From assembly GCF_024502345.1 (NCBI RefSeq), contig NZ_JALDNN010000001.1: DNA of 64,000 nt; one strand, written 5' to 3'. The notes under the pieces were generated by a model. It searched no databases. It was not told the origin of the DNA and saw only the letters and a program-made list of their open reading frames with translations. The first letter of the stretch is position 1. Each line of letters opens with the position of its first letter. This DNA comes from Escherichia coli. Its GTDB lineage: Bacteria > Pseudomonadota > Gammaproteobacteria > Enterobacterales > Enterobacteriaceae. A program made the translations under genes and the position numbers. Shown piece by piece: positions 39,032 through 59,365 of the stretch.

Positions 39032-39535
39032 TCAATGCAGCTGATGCGACACGACATTCAGAACATGTTGGTCGGTCTGCACTGGGCACATACCAGCAAG
39101 TTTCGCACTGCGCACTTCATCAAGAATGATTTGCAGCAACAGACCATCATGCTGCTGTTCTTTTTCCAGATCGCGCAGGAAATTGACGGTTGAATCATCA
39201 TTCAGTTCTTTCGCTTCATCGGCTAACTGTGCCAACGTACTAGAACGTTGCTCGTATTCTTCCATCGTTTTTTGGAACAGTTCTTCCAGAGAGTTCAGTT
39301 TTTCACCGGGAACATCAATGGCTTTAACGATGGGGGTAGCGCCGACACTCTTCATAAAGTTAAACATGCGCATCATTTGGGTCACATTACTCTGTGCCTG
39401 GGCGCGAAGGAAAGTGGCGGTGCCGTTCAGACTCTGTTCAGAACACCAGTTACTCAGGTGAAGGTAGAGATTGGATGCGTAAAACTCGCGGTTAATTTGA
39501 GAGTTGAGTTTGAGAAGCATTCCAGCGGTTGCCAT
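39032..39535 (-). CDS. ftnB: Ferritin-like protein FtnB
   Basis: 167 aa ferritin-fold protein; synteny. Confidence 0.85.
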   Translation of the reverse strand: MATAGMLLKLNSQINREFYASNLYLHLSNWCSEQSLNGTATFLRAQAQSNVTQMMRMFNFMKSVGATPIVKAIDVPGEKLNSLEELFQKTMEEYEQRSSTLAQLADEAKELNDDSTVNFLRDLEKEQQHDGLLLQIILDEVRSAKLAGMCPVQTDQHVLNVVSHQLH

Positions 39536-40331
39536 ACCTAATATCCTTATATCCAGAAGTGGAGAGGTGCAAGATAAATCAAAACACCATAATTACTGTT
39601 TGCAGAATAATTCCTTTCTGCCGGTCCGAAATGTGATCGTGGAGTCAATTCTGACGATGATCTGAAATAAGAATAACGTCTGAACGGGTATAAGAAAATG
39701 CTTAAATCATCAAGTTTATATATTTTTACATTTCATTGATGAAATCAATGTAACTGCAATGAATTTTAATGATAGTGCTTTTTGTATCTTGTTGATATTA
39801 ATCAATTAATTTGAATTCATGATGAAGTGATGATTTTATAAAACGTTTTTTCATTTTTGCGAGATGGCTCTCATTATACGTGTTCTGTTAATTAATGAGC
39901 ACAGTGATAATTAATGACGAAATGAATGACGTGCATTTTCCACATCTTTGAGTTGCGGTTATTACACCATTTCAAAAACTCAACGCCAGGTAATGCGGCC
40001 TATTGACTGGTTAAAAAGAAGACATCCCGCATGGGTACCAAAGACAACAAGGATTTCCAGGCTAATCTTATGGATTAATCTGCTGTGCATTCGACAATTT
40101 GTCTGACAAATTGGCTTTCCCTTATGTCTTTTCCCGCTAAATTTATGCACGTTCTCACTGTAATTCTGCGATGTGATATTGCTCTCCTATGGAGAATTAA
40201 TTTCTCGCTAAAACTATGTCAACACGGTCACTTATCTTTTAGTTAAAAGGTAATGCTTTGTTTTCCGATTAATTTAACGAATGTCATTCGTTTTTGCCCT
40301 ACACAAAACGACACTAAAGCTGGAGAGAACC

Positions 40332-41321
40332 ATGCACAAATTTACTAAAGCCCTGGCAGCCATTGGTCTGGCAGCTGTTATGTCACAATCCGCTATGGCG
40401 GAGAACCTGAAGCTCGGTTTTCTGGTGAAGCAACCGGAAGAGCCGTGGTTCCAGACCGAATGGAAGTTTGCCGATAAAGCCGGGAAGGATTTAGGGTTTG
40501 AGGTTATTAAGATTGCCGTGCCGGATGGCGAAAAAACATTGAACGCGATCGACAGCCTGGCTGCCAGTGGCGCAAAAGGTTTCGTTATTTGTACTCCGGA
40601 CCCCAAACTCGGCTCTGCCATCGTCGCGAAAGCGCGTGGCTACGATATGAAAGTCATTGCCGTGGATGACCAGTTTGTTAACGCCAAAGGTAAGCCAATG
40701 GATACCGTTCCTCTGGTGATGATGGCGGCGACTAAAATTGGCGAACGTCAGGGCCAGGAACTGTATAAAGAGATGCAGAAACGTGGCTGGGATGTCAAAG
40801 AAAGCGCGGTGATGGCGATTACCGCCAACGAACTGGATACCGCCCGCCGCCGTACAACGGGTTCTATGGACGCACTGAAAGCTGCAGGATTCCCGGAAAA
40901 ACAAATTTATCAGGTACCTACCAAATCTAACGACATCCCGGGGGCATTTGACGCTGCCAACTCAATGCTGGTTCAACATCCGGAAGTTAAACATTGGCTG
41001 ATCGTCGGTATGAACGACAGCACCGTGCTGGGTGGCGTACGCGCGACGGAAGGTCAGGGCTTTAAAGCTGCCGATATCATCGGCATTGGCATTAACGGTG
41101 TGGATGCGGTGAGCGAACTGTCTAAAGCACAGGCAACCGGCTTCTACGGTTCCCTGCTGCCAAGCCCGGACGTACATGGCTATAAATCCAGCGAAATGCT
41201 TTACAACTGGGTAGCAAAAGACGTTGAACCGCCAAAATTTACCGAAGTTACCGACGTGGTGCTGATCACTCGTGACAACTTTAAAGAAGAACTGGAGAAA
41301 AAAGGTTTAGGCGGTAAGTAA
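40332..41321 (+). CDS. araF: L-arabinose ABC transporter periplasmic binding protein
   Basis: 329 aa from MHKFTKALAAIGLAAVMSQSAMA (signal peptide); araFGH operon. Confidence 0.9.
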   Translation: MHKFTKALAAIGLAAVMSQSAMAENLKLGFLVKQPEEPWFQTEWKFADKAGKDLGFEVIKIAVPDGEKTLNAIDSLAASGAKGFVICTPDPKLGSAIVAKARGYDMKVIAVDDQFVNAKGKPMDTVPLVMMAATKIGERQGQELYKEMQKRGWDVKESAVMAITANELDTARRRTTGSMDALKAAGFPEKQIYQVPTKSNDIPGAFDAANSMLVQHPEVKHWLIVGMNDSTVLGGVRATEGQGFKAADIIGIGINGVDAVSELSKAQATGFYGSLLPSPDVHGYKSSEMLYNWVAKDVEPPKFTEVTDVVLITRDNFKEELEKKGLGGK

Positions 41322-41390
41322 TTTGCCGGAAAAATTCCCCTCTGCATGATGCAGAGGGGGTGTGAACGACCAGTGATTCACGGAGACGTT

Positions 41391-42905
41391 ATGCAACAGT
41401 CTACCCCGTATCTCTCATTTCGCGGCATCGGTAAAACGTTTCCCGGCGTTAAGGCGCTGACGGATATTAGTTTTGACTGCTATGCCGGTCAGGTTCATGC
41501 GTTGATGGGTGAAAATGGCGCAGGAAAATCAACTCTCTTAAAAATCCTCAGCGGCAACTATGCGCCAACCACGGGTTCTGTAGTGATTAATGGGCAGGAA
41601 ATGTCCTTTTCCGACACGACCGCAGCACTTAACGCGGGTGTGGCGATTATTTACCAGGAACTGCATCTCGTGCCGGAAATGACCGTCGCGGAAAACATCT
41701 ATCTCGGCCAGCTGCCGCATAAAGGCGGCATTGTGAATCGCTCATTGCTGAATTATGAGGCGGGTTTACAACTTAAACATCTTGGTATGGATATTGACCC
41801 GGACACGCCGCTGAAATATCTCTCCATTGGTCAGTGGCAGATGGTTGAAATTGCCAAAGCCCTGGCGCGTAATGCCAAAATTATCGCCTTTGATGAGCCA
41901 ACCAGCTCCCTTTCTGCCCGTGAAATCGACAATCTTTTTCGCGTTATTCGTGAACTGCGAAAAGAGGGGCGGGTGATCTTATACGTTTCTCACCGTATGG
42001 AAGAAATATTTGCCCTCAGCGATGCCATCACCGTCTTTAAAGATGGGCGTTATGTCAAAACCTTTACCGATATGCAGCAGGTTGACCACGACGCGCTGGT
42101 GCAGGCGATGGTCGGGCGCGACATTGGCGATATCTACGGCTGGCAACCGCGTAGTTATGGCGAGGAGCGCCTGCGTCTTGATGCTGTGAAAGCACCAGGC
42201 GTGCGTACGCCAATAAATCTGGCGGTTCGCAGTGGTGAAATTGTTGGGCTGTTTGGTCTGGTAGGGGCGGGGCGTAGCGAATTAATGAAAGGCTTGTTTG
42301 GCGGGACGCAAATCACCGCCGGTCAGGTTTATATCGACCAACAGCCGATCGATATTCGTAAACCGAGCCACGCCATTGCCGCAGGCATGATGCTCTGCCC
42401 GGAAGATCGCAAAGCGGAAGGCATTATTCCCGTGCACTCCGTTCGCGACAATATCAACATCAGTGCCAGACGTAAACATGTGCTCGGCGGTTGTGTAATC
42501 AACAACGGTTGGGAAGAAAACAATGCCGATCACCACATTCGTTCGCTCAACATCAAAACGCCGGGCGCGGAGCAACTGATCATGAATCTCTCAGGCGTAA
42601 ATCAGCAAAAAGCCATTCTGGGCCGCTGGTTATCGGAAGAGATGAAGGTCATTTTGCTGGATGAACCTACGCGCGGCATTGATGTTGGCGCTAAGCACGA
42701 AATATATAACGTAATTTATGCGCTGGCGGCGCAGGGTGTGGCGGTGCTGTTTGCCTCCAGCGACTTACCTGAAGTCCTCGGCGTTGCCGACCGGATTGTG
42801 GTGATGCGGGAAGGTGAAATCGCCGGTGAATTGTTACACGAGCAGGCAGATGAGCGTCAGGCATTGAGCCTTGCGATGCCTAAAGTCAGCCAGGCTGTTG
42901 CCTGA
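41391..42905 (+). CDS. araG: L-arabinose ABC transporter ATP-binding protein (duplicated ABC domains)
   Basis: 504 aa from [13 protein letters not shown]; two Walker A motifs ([18 protein letters not shown]). Confidence 0.9.
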   Translation: MQQSTPYLSFRGIGKTFPGVKALTDISFDCYAGQVHALMGENGAGKSTLLKILSGNYAPTTGSVVINGQEMSFSDTTAALNAGVAIIYQELHLVPEMTVAENIYLGQLPHKGGIVNRSLLNYEAGLQLKHLGMDIDPDTPLKYLSIGQWQMVEIAKALARNAKIIAFDEPTSSLSAREIDNLFRVIRELRKEGRVILYVSHRMEEIFALSDAITVFKDGRYVKTFTDMQQVDHDALVQAMVGRDIGDIYGWQPRSYGEERLRLDAVKAPGVRTPINLAVRSGEIVGLFGLVGAGRSELMKGLFGGTQITAGQVYIDQQPIDIRKPSHAIAAGMMLCPEDRKAEGIIPVHSVRDNINISARRKHVLGGCVINNGWEENNADHHIRSLNIKTPGAEQLIMNLSGVNQQKAILGRWLSEEMKVILLDEPTRGIDVGAKHEIYNVIYALAAQGVAVLFASSDLPEVLGVADRIVVMREGEIAGELLHEQADERQALSLAMPKVSQAVA

Positions 42906-42919
42906 GTAAGGAGAGTATG

Positions 42920-46272
<3,353 letters not shown>

Positions 46273-46278
46273 GAGCGG

Positions 46279-46707
46279 TTAATCTCCCGTAAGTGGAACT
46301 AACAGCACATCGACCTCACTTGAGGCAATAACTCTTTTCGCCGAGCAGGATGCTCGCGAAAAGAAACTGTGATTGTGATTACCGCAAATCACCAAATCGA
46401 AATGATGCTTGTGACATACTTCCAGAATATGTTCGCTTAACTCACCGTAGGCAATAAACGTCTTGTCAACGGGATACCCCGCATCCTGAATTAACTTATC
46501 AAGAAAGCTTTGCGTTTCTTCCTGCATCACGCTGCGTAAATCTTCAAGCATCGGCGCAGCTAATTGATTGTACATTTCCGGGTCGGAAGCGAGAGTAATT
46601 AAACTGATGTGTCCCTTTACTGGCCTGGCGATAGATACCGCTTTTGCCAGCAGTTGCTGACTTTCCGGTGTAACCGCAACAGCGACAAGAATATTGCTAT
46701 AGCTCAT
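46279..46707 (-). CDS. uspC: Universal stress protein C
   Basis: 142-aa UspA-fold ORF at the conserved position upstream of flhDC. Confidence 0.85.
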   Translation of the reverse strand: MSYSNILVAVAVTPESQQLLAKAVSIARPVKGHISLITLASDPEMYNQLAAPMLEDLRSVMQEETQSFLDKLIQDAGYPVDKTFIAYGELSEHILEVCHKHHFDLVICGNHNHSFFSRASCSAKRVIASSEVDVLLVPLTGD

Positions 46708-47486
46708 AACCTGTTCCTTATTCTGTGAACTTCAGGTGACATTAAAGCTTTACTCCTAATGGAGAAACGACGCAATCCCAACTCGGTCAAACAGGTAAAT
46801 ATTAGTCTGATTATTAGTAAAGACAATTAATCAATCACTCCCGGTGATCATATAATTTCAAATGTAATTATAAGAAAATAGTGTACTGATTCTCCGCATT
46901 AAACAAGTGGTTAATATATGTAAAACATTTCATCAACATTAAGTTGATTGTTGCCTTTCTTTGTATTTAATTAGTTTGTTGTGCGGTAAGTGTCTGTTTA
47001 AAAATAGCTTATCTGGTATTGCATGAAAGTGATTATTTATAGCAGATGATTATTTACGGTGAGTTATTTTGACTGTGCGCAACATCCCATTTCGATTATT
47101 CCTGTTTCATTTTTGCTTGCTAGCGTAGCGAAAAACTTTTTAACAGATTGAAATACACCCAAAACAAAAGTATGACTTATACATTTATGTTAAGTAACTG
47201 AGTGTTTTGTGTGATCTGCATCACACATTATTGAAAATCGCAGCCCCCCTCCGTTGTATGTGCGTGTAGTGACGAGTACAGTTGCGTCGATTTAGGAAAA
47301 ATCTTAGATAAGTGTAAAGGCCCATTTCTATTTGTAAGGACATATTAAACCAAAAAGGTGGTTCTGCTTATTGCAGCTTATCGCAACTATTCTAATGCTA
47401 ATTATTTTTTACCGGGGCTTCCCGGCGACATTACGGGGTGCGGTGAAACCGCATAAAAATAAAGTTGGTTATTCTGGGTGGGAATA
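46708..47486 (+). promoter_or_regulatory. flhDC promoter and long 5' UTR regulatory region
   Basis: About 780-bp AT-rich intergenic region upstream of flhD; known hub of transcriptional and sRNA control in E. coli; no IS insertion here. Confidence 0.6.
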
Positions 47487-47837
47487 ATGCATACCTCCGA
47501 GTTGCTGAAACACATTTATGACATCAACTTGTCATATTTACTACTTGCACAGCGTTTGATTGTTCAGGACAAAGCGTCCGCTATGTTTCGTCTCGGCATA
47601 AATGAAGAAATGGCGACAACGTTAGCGGCACTGACTCTTCCGCAAATGGTTAAGCTGGCAGAAACCAATCAACTGGTTTGTCACTTCCGTTTTGACAGCC
47701 ACCAGACGATTACTCAGTTGACGCAAGATTCCCGCGTTGACGATCTCCAGCAAATTCATACCGGCATCATGCTCTCAACACGCTTGCTGAATGATGTTAA
47801 TCAGCCTGAAGAAGCGCTGCGCAAGAAAAGGGCCTGA
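47487..47837 (+). CDS. flhD: Flagellar master regulator subunit FlhD
   Basis: 116 aa from [20 protein letters not shown]; in-frame ATG also at 47478. Confidence 0.9.
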
Positions 47838-47839
47838 TC

Positions 47840-48418
47840 ATGAGTGAAAAAAGCATTGTTCAGGAAGCGCGGGATATTCAGCTGGCAATGGAATTGATCA
47901 CCCTGGGCGCTCGTTTGCAGATGCTGGAAAGCGAAACACAGTTAAGTCGCGGACGCCTGATAAAACTTTATAAAGAACTGCGCGGAAGCCCACCGCCGAA
48001 AGGCATGCTGCCATTCTCAACCGACTGGTTTATGACCTGGGAACAAAACGTTCATGCTTCGATGTTCTGTAATGCATGGCAGTTTTTACTGAAAACCGGT
48101 TTGTGTAATGGCGTCGATGCGGTGATCAAAGCCTACCGTTTATACCTTGAACAGTGCCCACAAGCAGAAGAAGGACCACTGCTGGCATTAACCCGTGCCT
48201 GGACATTGGTGCGGTTTGTTGAAAGTGGATTACTGCAACTTTCCAGCTGCAACTGCTGCGGCGGCAATTTTATTACCCACGCTCACCAGCCTGTTGGCAG
48301 CTTTGCCTGCAGCTTATGTCAACCGCCATCCCGGGCAGTAAAAAGACGTAAACTTTCCCAGAATCCTGCCGATATTATCCCACAACTGCTGGATGAACAG
48401 AGAGTACAGGCTGTTTAA
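47840..48418 (+). CDS. flhC: Flagellar master regulator subunit FlhC
   Basis: 192 aa; zinc-binding Cys cluster CNCCGG...CSLCQ. Confidence 0.92.
48349..48375 (+). promoter_or_regulatory. Sigma28 (FliA) class III promoter for motAB-cheAW, inside the 3' end of flhC
   Basis: taaacttt-N11-gccgatat matches the consensus TAAAGTTT-N11-GCCGATAA. Confidence 0.6.
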
Positions 48419-48440
48419 CTGATACGGTGAGGCGCAACAT

Positions 48441-48477
48441 TCCAGCAGCGGTAACGACGTACCGCTGCTTTTTTTTG
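48441..48477 (+). terminator. Hairpin plus T-run after flhC
   Basis: cagcagcggta...taccgctgc followed by T8. Confidence 0.55.
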
Positions 48478-48544
48478 CCCCAATCGCGCGTTAACGCCTG
48501 ACGACTGAACATCCTGTCATGGTCAACAGTGGAAGGATGATGTC

Positions 48545-49428
48545 GTGCTTATCTTATTAGGTTACCTGGTTGTTCTCGGTACAGTTTTCGGCGGTTATTT
48601 GATGACCGGTGGAAGCCTTGGAGCACTCTATCAACCCGCTGAACTGGTGATTATTGCCGGTGCAGGGATTGGGTCGTTTATCGTCGGCAATAATGGCAAA
48701 GCGATTAAAGGCACGCTGAAGGCGCTGCCGTTGCTGTTTCGTCGCTCCAAATACACCAAAGCAATGTATATGGATCTGCTGGCTCTGCTTTATCGGTTGA
48801 TGGCGAAATCGCGGCAGATGGGGATGTTTTCGCTGGAACGTGATATTGAAAATCCCCGTGAGAGCGAGATCTTCGCCAGCTACCCACGCATCCTCGCGGA
48901 TAGCGTCATGCTTGATTTTATCGTCGATTATCTGCGTCTGATTATCAGCGGTCATATGAACACCTTCGAAATCGAAGCCCTGATGGATGAAGAGATTGAG
49001 ACGCACGAAAGCGAGGCAGAAGTCCCGGCGAACAGTCTGGCGCTGGTCGGGGACTCACTTCCGGCGTTTGGTATTGTCGCGGCTGTAATGGGGGTCGTTC
49101 ACGCGTTAGGTTCAGCCGATCGTCCTGCCGCCGAGCTGGGTGCGCTTATCGCACATGCGATGGTGGGGACTTTCCTCGGCATTTTATTGGCTTACGGATT
49201 TATTTCCCCATTAGCGAGTGTTTTACGTCAGAAAAGCGCCGAAACCAGCAAAATGATGCAGTGCGTCAAAGTCACTCTGCTTTCTAATCTGAACGGTTAC
49301 GCACCGCCTATCGCCGTTGAGTTTGGTCGCAAAACGCTCTATTCCAGCGAACGTCCGTCGTTTATTGAACTGGAAGAGCATGTGCGTGCGGTGAAAAATC
49401 CGCAACAACAGACGACAACCGAGGAAGC

Positions 49429-49432
<4 letters not shown>
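48545..49432 (+). CDS. motA: Flagellar motor stator protein MotA, GTG start
   Basis: 295 aa, four TM segments; overlaps motB start. Confidence 0.92.
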
Positions 49433-52324
<2,892 letters not shown>

Positions 52325-52344
52325 ATGAGTAAAAAGGTAACAAT

Positions 52345-52848
52345 ATGACCGGTATGACGAATGTAACAAAGCTGGCCAGCGAGCCGTCAGGCCAGGAATT
52401 TCTGGTATTTACCCTTGGTGATGAAGAGTACGGTATTGATATTCTGAAAGTGCAGGAGATCCGTGGCTACGATCAGGTAACACGGATTGCAAACACGCCA
52501 GCGTTTATCAAAGGCGTCACGAATCTGCGCGGCGTTATTGTGCCGATTGTTGACTTACGAATTAAGTTCAGCCAGGTGGATGTGGACTATAACGACAACA
52601 CGGTAGTTATCGTCCTGAATCTCGGACAACGGGTGGTTGGCATCGTGGTTGACGGCGTCTCAGACGTGCTTTCATTGACGGCGGAGCAAATTCGTCCGGC
52701 ACCAGAATTTGCCGTGACGCTTTCAACAGAATATCTCACTGGACTGGGCGCACTGGGCGACCGGATGTTGATTCTGGTGAACATCGAAAAACTGCTGAAC
52801 AGCGAAGAGATGGCGCTGTTAGATAGCGCGGCGTCAGAAGTGGCGTAA
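52345..52848 (+). CDS. cheW: Chemotaxis coupling protein CheW
   Basis: 167 aa, CheW-like domain. Confidence 0.92.
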
Positions 52849-52874
52849 TTCTCCCGATTTCCTCAATTGAAATG

Positions 52875-52904
52875 AACCCGATGATCTGCGCATCGGGTTT
52901 TTTA
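52875..52904 (+). terminator. Rho-independent terminator after cheW
   Basis: Hairpin cccgatg...catcggg followed by T6. Confidence 0.7.
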
Positions 52905-52934
52905 TTTCAATTTCGCGGCGGGTGGCATCAGCAA

Positions 52935-52961
52935 TAAAGTTTCCCCCCTCCTTGCCGATAA
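52935..52961 (+). promoter_or_regulatory. Sigma28 (FliA) class III promoter of the tar-tap-cheRBYZ operon
   Basis: Exact consensus taaagttt-N11-gccgataa about 30 nt upstream of tar. Confidence 0.75.
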
Positions 52962-52992
52962 CGAGATCAACTTGTTTTCAGGAAGGTGCCTT

Positions 52993-54654
52993 ATGATTAA
53001 CCGTATCCGCGTAGTCACGCTGTTGGTAATGGTGCTGGGGGTATTCGCACTGTTACAGCTTATTTCCGGCAGTCTGTTTTTTTCTTCCCTTCACCATAGC
53101 CAGAAGAGCTTTGTGGTTTCCAATCAATTACGGGAACAGCAGGGCGAGCTGACGTCAACCTGGGATTTAATGCTGCAAACGCGCATTAACCTGAGTCGTT
53201 CAGCGGTACGGATGATGATGGATTCCTCCAATCAACAAAGTAACGCCAAAGTTGAATTGCTCGATAGCGCCAGGAAAACATTGGCGCAGGCAGCGACGCA
53301 TTATAAAAAATTCAAAAGCATGGCACCGTTACCTGAAATGGTCGCTACCAGTCGTAATATTGATGAAAAATATAAAAACTATTACACAGCGTTAACTGAA
53401 CTGATTGATTATCTAGATTATGGCAATACTGGAGCTTATTTCGCTCAGCCAACCCAGGGAATGCAAAATGCAATGGGCGAAGCGTTTGCTCAGTACGCCC
53501 TCAGCAGTGAAAAACTGTATCGCGATATCGTCACTGGCAACGCAGATGATTACCGATTTGCCCAGTGGCAACTGGCGGTTATCGCGCTGGTGGTGGTATT
53601 GATTCTGCTGGTGGCGTGGTACGGCATTCGCCGTATGTTGCTTACTCCGCTGGCAAAAATTATTGCTCACATTCGCGAAATCGCCGGTGGTAACCTGGCG
53701 AATACCCTGACCATTGACGGGCGCAGTGAAATGGGCGACCTGGCGCAGAGCGTTTCACATATGCAACGCTCTTTGACTGACACCGTCACTCATGTCCGCG
53801 AAGGTTCAGATGCCATCTATGCCGGTACCCGTGAAATTGCGGCGGGCAACACCGATCTTTCCTCCCGTACTGAACAGCAGGCATCCGCGCTGGAAGAAAC
53901 TGCCTCCAGCATGGAGCAGCTCACCGCGACAGTGAAGCAAAACGCCGATAACGCCCGCCAGGCCTCGCAACTGGCGCAAAGTGCCTCCGACACCGCCCAG
54001 CACGGCGGCAAAGTGGTGGATGGCGTAGTGAAAACGATGCATGAGATCGCCGATAGTTCGAAGAAAATTGCCGACATTATCAGCGTTATCGACGGTATTG
54101 CCTTCCAGACTAATATCCTCGCGCTGAATGCCGCGGTTGAAGCCGCGCGTGCGGGTGAACAGGGCCGTGGTTTTGCCGTGGTGGCGGGTGAAGTGCGTAA
54201 TCTTGCCAGTCGCAGCGCCCAGGCGGCAAAAGAGATCAAAGCCCTCATTGAAGACTCCGTCGCACGCGTTGATACCGGTTCGGTGCTGGTCGAAAGCGCC
54301 GGGGAAACAATGAACAATATCGTCAATGCTGTCACTCGCGTGACTGACATTATGGGCGAGATTGCATCGGCATCGGATGAACAGAGCCGTGGCATCGATC
54401 AAGTCGCATTGGCGGTTTCGGAAATGGATCGCGTCACGCAACAGAACGCATCGCTGGTGCAGGAATCAGCTGCCGCCGCCGCTGCGCTGGAAGAACAGGC
54501 GAGTCGTTTAACGCAAGCGGTTTCCGCGTTCCGTCTGGCAGCCAGCCCACTCACCAATAAACCGCAAACACCATCCCGTCCTGCCAGTGAGCAACCACCG
54601 GCACAGCCACGACTGCGAATTGCTGAACAAGATCCAAACTGGGAAACATTTTGA
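52993..54654 (+). CDS. tar: Methyl-accepting chemotaxis protein II (aspartate/maltose)
   Basis: 553 aa; HAMP plus MCP signalling domain, C-terminal NWETF pentapeptide. Confidence 0.9.
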   Translation: MINRIRVVTLLVMVLGVFALLQLISGSLFFSSLHHSQKSFVVSNQLREQQGELTSTWDLMLQTRINLSRSAVRMMMDSSNQQSNAKVELLDSARKTLAQAATHYKKFKSMAPLPEMVATSRNIDEKYKNYYTALTELIDYLDYGNTGAYFAQPTQGMQNAMGEAFAQYALSSEKLYRDIVTGNADDYRFAQWQLAVIALVVVLILLVAWYGIRRMLLTPLAKIIAHIREIAGGNLANTLTIDGRSEMGDLAQSVSHMQRSLTDTVTHVREGSDAIYAGTREIAAGNTDLSSRTEQQASALEETASSMEQLTATVKQNADNARQASQLAQSASDTAQHGGKVVDGVVKTMHEIADSSKKIADIISVIDGIAFQTNILALNAAVEAARAGEQGRGFAVVAGEVRNLASRSAQAAKEIKALIEDSVARVDTGSVLVESAGETMNNIVNAVTRVTDIMGEIASASDEQSRGIDQVALAVSEMDRVTQQNASLVQESAAAAAALEEQASRLTQAVSAFRLAASPLTNKPQTPSRPASEQPPAQPRLRIAEQDPNWETF

Positions 54655-54699
54655 CGAGTATTTACTAACGCGGTCATTGCCGCCTGATGGGGAGCGTTG

Positions 54700-56301
54700 A
54701 TGTTTAATCGTATTCGAATTTCGACCACGCTGTTTTTAATTTTGATTCTCTGCGGGATCTTGCAGATTGGCAGTAACGGCATGTCTTTTTGGGCATTTCG
54801 CGACGATTTGCAACGACTGAATCAGGTCGAGCAGAGCAATCAGCAACGTGCGGCATTAGCGCAAACTCGGGCGGTAATGTTACAGGCCAGTACCGCGCTG
54901 AACAAAGCGGGCACTCTGACGGCACTTAGCTATCCGGCGGATGACATTAAAACGTTGATGACGACGGCGCGCGCCAGTCTGACGCAATCCACCACGCTGT
55001 TTAAAAGTTTTATGGCGATGACTGCGGGCAACGAGCACGTCAGGGCATTGCAAAAAGAGACGGAGAAAAGTTTTGCCCGCTGGCACAACGATCTCGAACA
55101 TCAGGCGACCTGGCTTGAAAGTAATCAACTTTCGGATTTCCTCACAGCGCCGGTGCAGGGATCACAGAATGCGTTTGACGTTAACTTTGAGGCCTGGCAG
55201 GTGGAGATCAACCATGTGCTGGAAGCCGCCAGTGCGCAAAGCCAGCGTAACTATCAGATTTCGGCGCTGGTGTTTATCAGCATGATTATTGTTGCGGCGA
55301 TCTACATCAGCAGTGCGCTGTGGTGGACGCGCAAGATGATTGTTCAACCACTGGCCATTATCGGTAGCCATTTTGACAGCATTGCTGCGGGTAATCTGGC
55401 GCGTCCGATTGCGGTATATGGTCGCAACGAGATCACCGCCATTTTTGCCAGCCTGAAGACCATGCAGCAGGCTTTGCGTGGGACGGTGAGTGATGTGCGT
55501 AAGGGAAGCCAGGAGATGCACATTGGTATCGCGGAGATTGTCGCAGGCAATAACGATCTCTCAAGTCGTACCGAACAGCAGGCGGCATCGCTGGCACAAA
55601 CGGCCGCCAGTATGGAGCAATTAACCGCCACGGTAGGGCAAAACGCCGATAACGCACGACAGGCGTCGGAACTGGCAAAAAATGCCGCGACAACGGCGCA
55701 GGCGGGCGGTGTTCAGGTCAGTACCATGACTCACACCATGCAGGAGATCGCCACCAGCTCGCAAAAAATTGGCGACATTATCAGCGTTATCGACGGAATT
55801 GCTTTCCAGACCAATATTCTGGCCCTGAATGCGGCAGTGGAAGCGGCTCGCGCCGGAGAGCAGGGGCGTGGTTTTGCGGTAGTGGCAGGTGAAGTGCGCA
55901 ATCTTGCCAGCCGTAGCGCGCAGGCAGCAAAAGAGATCAAAGGGCTGATCGAAGAGTCAGTCAATCGTGTCCAGCAGGGTTCGAAACTGGTGAATAACGC
56001 CGCCGCGACCATGACCGATATTGTCAGTTCGGTGACCCGCGTGAACGACATTATGGGAGAAATTGCTTCGGCGTCGGAAGAACAACGGCGGGGGATTGAG
56101 CAGGTTGCACAGGCTGTCAGCCAGATGGATCAGGTGACTCAGCAGAACGCCTCGCTGGTAGAAGAAGCGGCGGTGGCAACGGAACAACTGGCGAATCAGG
56201 CCGACCATCTTTCGTCGCGTGTGGCGGTATTTACCCTTGAAGAACATGAAGTAGCACGACATGAGTCGGCGCAGTTACAAATTGCGCCAGTGGTATCCTG
56301 A
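54700..56301 (+). CDS. tap: Methyl-accepting chemotaxis protein IV (dipeptide/pyrimidine)
   Basis: 533 aa; tar paralog with a near-identical signalling domain but no NWETF. Confidence 0.9.
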   Translation: MFNRIRISTTLFLILILCGILQIGSNGMSFWAFRDDLQRLNQVEQSNQQRAALAQTRAVMLQASTALNKAGTLTALSYPADDIKTLMTTARASLTQSTTLFKSFMAMTAGNEHVRALQKETEKSFARWHNDLEHQATWLESNQLSDFLTAPVQGSQNAFDVNFEAWQVEINHVLEAASAQSQRNYQISALVFISMIIVAAIYISSALWWTRKMIVQPLAIIGSHFDSIAAGNLARPIAVYGRNEITAIFASLKTMQQALRGTVSDVRKGSQEMHIGIAEIVAGNNDLSSRTEQQAASLAQTAASMEQLTATVGQNADNARQASELAKNAATTAQAGGVQVSTMTHTMQEIATSSQKIGDIISVIDGIAFQTNILALNAAVEAARAGEQGRGFAVVAGEVRNLASRSAQAAKEIKGLIEESVNRVQQGSKLVNNAAATMTDIVSSVTRVNDIMGEIASASEEQRRGIEQVAQAVSQMDQVTQQNASLVEEAAVATEQLANQADHLSSRVAVFTLEEHEVARHESAQLQIAPVVS

Positions 56302-56319
56302 AGTGATTGAGAAGGCGCT

Positions 56320-57180
56320 ATGACTTCATCTCTGCCCTGTGGGCAAACGTCTTTATTGTTACAGATGACCGAGCGCCTGGCGCTTTCCGACGCGCATTTT
56401 CGGCGGATAAGTCAATTGATCTATCAACGAGCCGGGATCGTTCTGGCTGACCATAAACGCGACATGGTTTACAACCGACTGGTTCGTCGTTTGCGTTCGC
56501 TGGGAATGACGGATTTCGGTCATTATCTGAACTTGCTGGAATCTAATCAGCACAGCGGTGAGTGGCAGGCGTTTATCAATTCGCTGACCACGAATCTGAC
56601 GGCATTTTTCCGTGAGGCACATCATTTCCCTCTTCTCGCGGATCACGCACGTCGCCGTTCTGGCGAGTATCGCGTATGGAGCGCGGCGGCTTCGACCGGC
56701 GAAGAGCCGTACAGCATTGCGATGACGCTGGCTGACACATTGGGCACCGCGCCCGGACGCTGGAAAGTGTTTGCCAGTGATATCGACACCGAAGTGCTGG
56801 AAAAAGCCAGAAGCGGTATCTATCGCCATGAAGAGTTGAAAAACCTGACGCCGCAGCAACTGCAACGGTATTTCATGCGAGGGACGGGACCGCATGAAGG
56901 GCTGGTACGCGTGCGTCAGGAGCTGGCGAACTATGTTGATTTTGCCCCGCTGAATTTACTGGCGAAACAGTACACCGTGCCGGGGCCGTTTGATGCGATC
57001 TTCTGTCGTAACGTCATGATCTACTTCGATCAAAATACCCAGCAGGAGATTTTGCGCCGCTTTGTTCCGCTCCTTAAACCCGACGGATTGCTGTTTGCGG
57101 GTCACTCTGAAAACTTTAGCCACCTTGAGCGCCGCTTCACGCTGCGTGGTCAGACGGTGTATGCGCTAAGTAAGGATTAA
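56320..57180 (+). CDS. cheR: Chemotaxis methyltransferase CheR
   Basis: 286 aa SAM-dependent methyltransferase. Confidence 0.92.
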   Translation: MTSSLPCGQTSLLLQMTERLALSDAHFRRISQLIYQRAGIVLADHKRDMVYNRLVRRLRSLGMTDFGHYLNLLESNQHSGEWQAFINSLTTNLTAFFREAHHFPLLADHARRRSGEYRVWSAAASTGEEPYSIAMTLADTLGTAPGRWKVFASDIDTEVLEKARSGIYRHEELKNLTPQQLQRYFMRGTGPHEGLVRVRQELANYVDFAPLNLLAKQYTVPGPFDAIFCRNVMIYFDQNTQQEILRRFVPLLKPDGLLFAGHSENFSHLERRFTLRGQTVYALSKD

Positions 57181-57182
57181 CG

Positions 57183-58636
<1,454 letters not shown>

Positions 58637-58646
58637 GGATGCGACT

Positions 58647-59291
58647 ATGATGCAACCATCAATCAAACCTGCTGACGAGCATTCAGCTGGCGATATCATT
58701 GCGCGCATCGGCAGCCTGACGCGTATGCTGCGCGACAGTTTGCGGGAACTGGGGCTGGATCAGGCCATTGCCGAAGCGGCGGAAGCCATCCCCGATGCGC
58801 GCGATCGTTTGTACTATGTTGTGCAGATGACCGCCCAGGCTGCGGAGCGGGCGCTGAACAGTGTTGAGGCGTCACAACCGCATCAGGATCAAATGGAGAA
58901 ATCAGCAAAAGCGTTAACCCAACGTTGGGATGACTGGTTTGCCGATCCGATTGACCTTGCCGACGCCCGTGAACTGGTAACAGATACACGACAATTTCTG
59001 GCAGATGTACCCGCACATACCAGCTTTACTAACGCGCAACTGCTGGAAATCATGATGGCGCAGGATTTTCAGGATCTCACCGGGCAGGTCATTAAGCGGA
59101 TGATGGATGTCATTCAGGAGATCGAACGTCAGTTGCTGATGGTGCTGTTGGAAAACATCCCGGAACAGGAGTCGCGTCCAAAGCGTGAAAATCAGAGTTT
59201 GCTTAATGGACCTCAGGTCGATACCAGCAAAGCCGGTGTGGTAGCCAGTCAGGATCAGGTGGACGATTTGTTGGATAGTCTTGGATTTTGA
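58647..59291 (+). CDS. cheZ: CheY-P phosphatase CheZ
   Basis: 214 aa from [10 protein letters not shown]; catalytic Q in [10 protein letters not shown]. Confidence 0.9.
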
Positions 59292-59299
59292 TTTGTATT

Positions 59300-59365
59300 G
59301 CCTGATGTGGCGTGACCACGTCATATCAGGCGGTCTGATAAGGTGATGACGCCGCATCCGACAAA
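59300..59365. repeat. REP-like palindromic element between cheZ and flhB
   Basis: Imperfect palindromes; 59331-59362 reverse-complements to gatgcggcgtcatcaccttatc, resembling the REP consensus. Confidence 0.5.

Noticed and set aside
46708-47486. Possible IS insertion in the flhDC regulatory region, a known hotspot
   Set aside because: The region is of roughly native length with no terminal inverted repeats or transposase ORF. The only IS found is the IS903-family element at 2472-3528.
53806-54441. Minus-strand ORFs of 192-211 aa inside tar, with similar ones inside tap
   Set aside because: Antisense to the highly conserved MCP signalling domain; Ala/Arg-rich GC-skew artefacts.
52993-56301. 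Repeated sequence blocks that could be mistaken for a repeat array
   Set aside because: These are the paralogous signalling domains of the tandem tar and tap genes, not CRISPR or other interspersed repeats. No CRISPR array was seen anywhere in the window.
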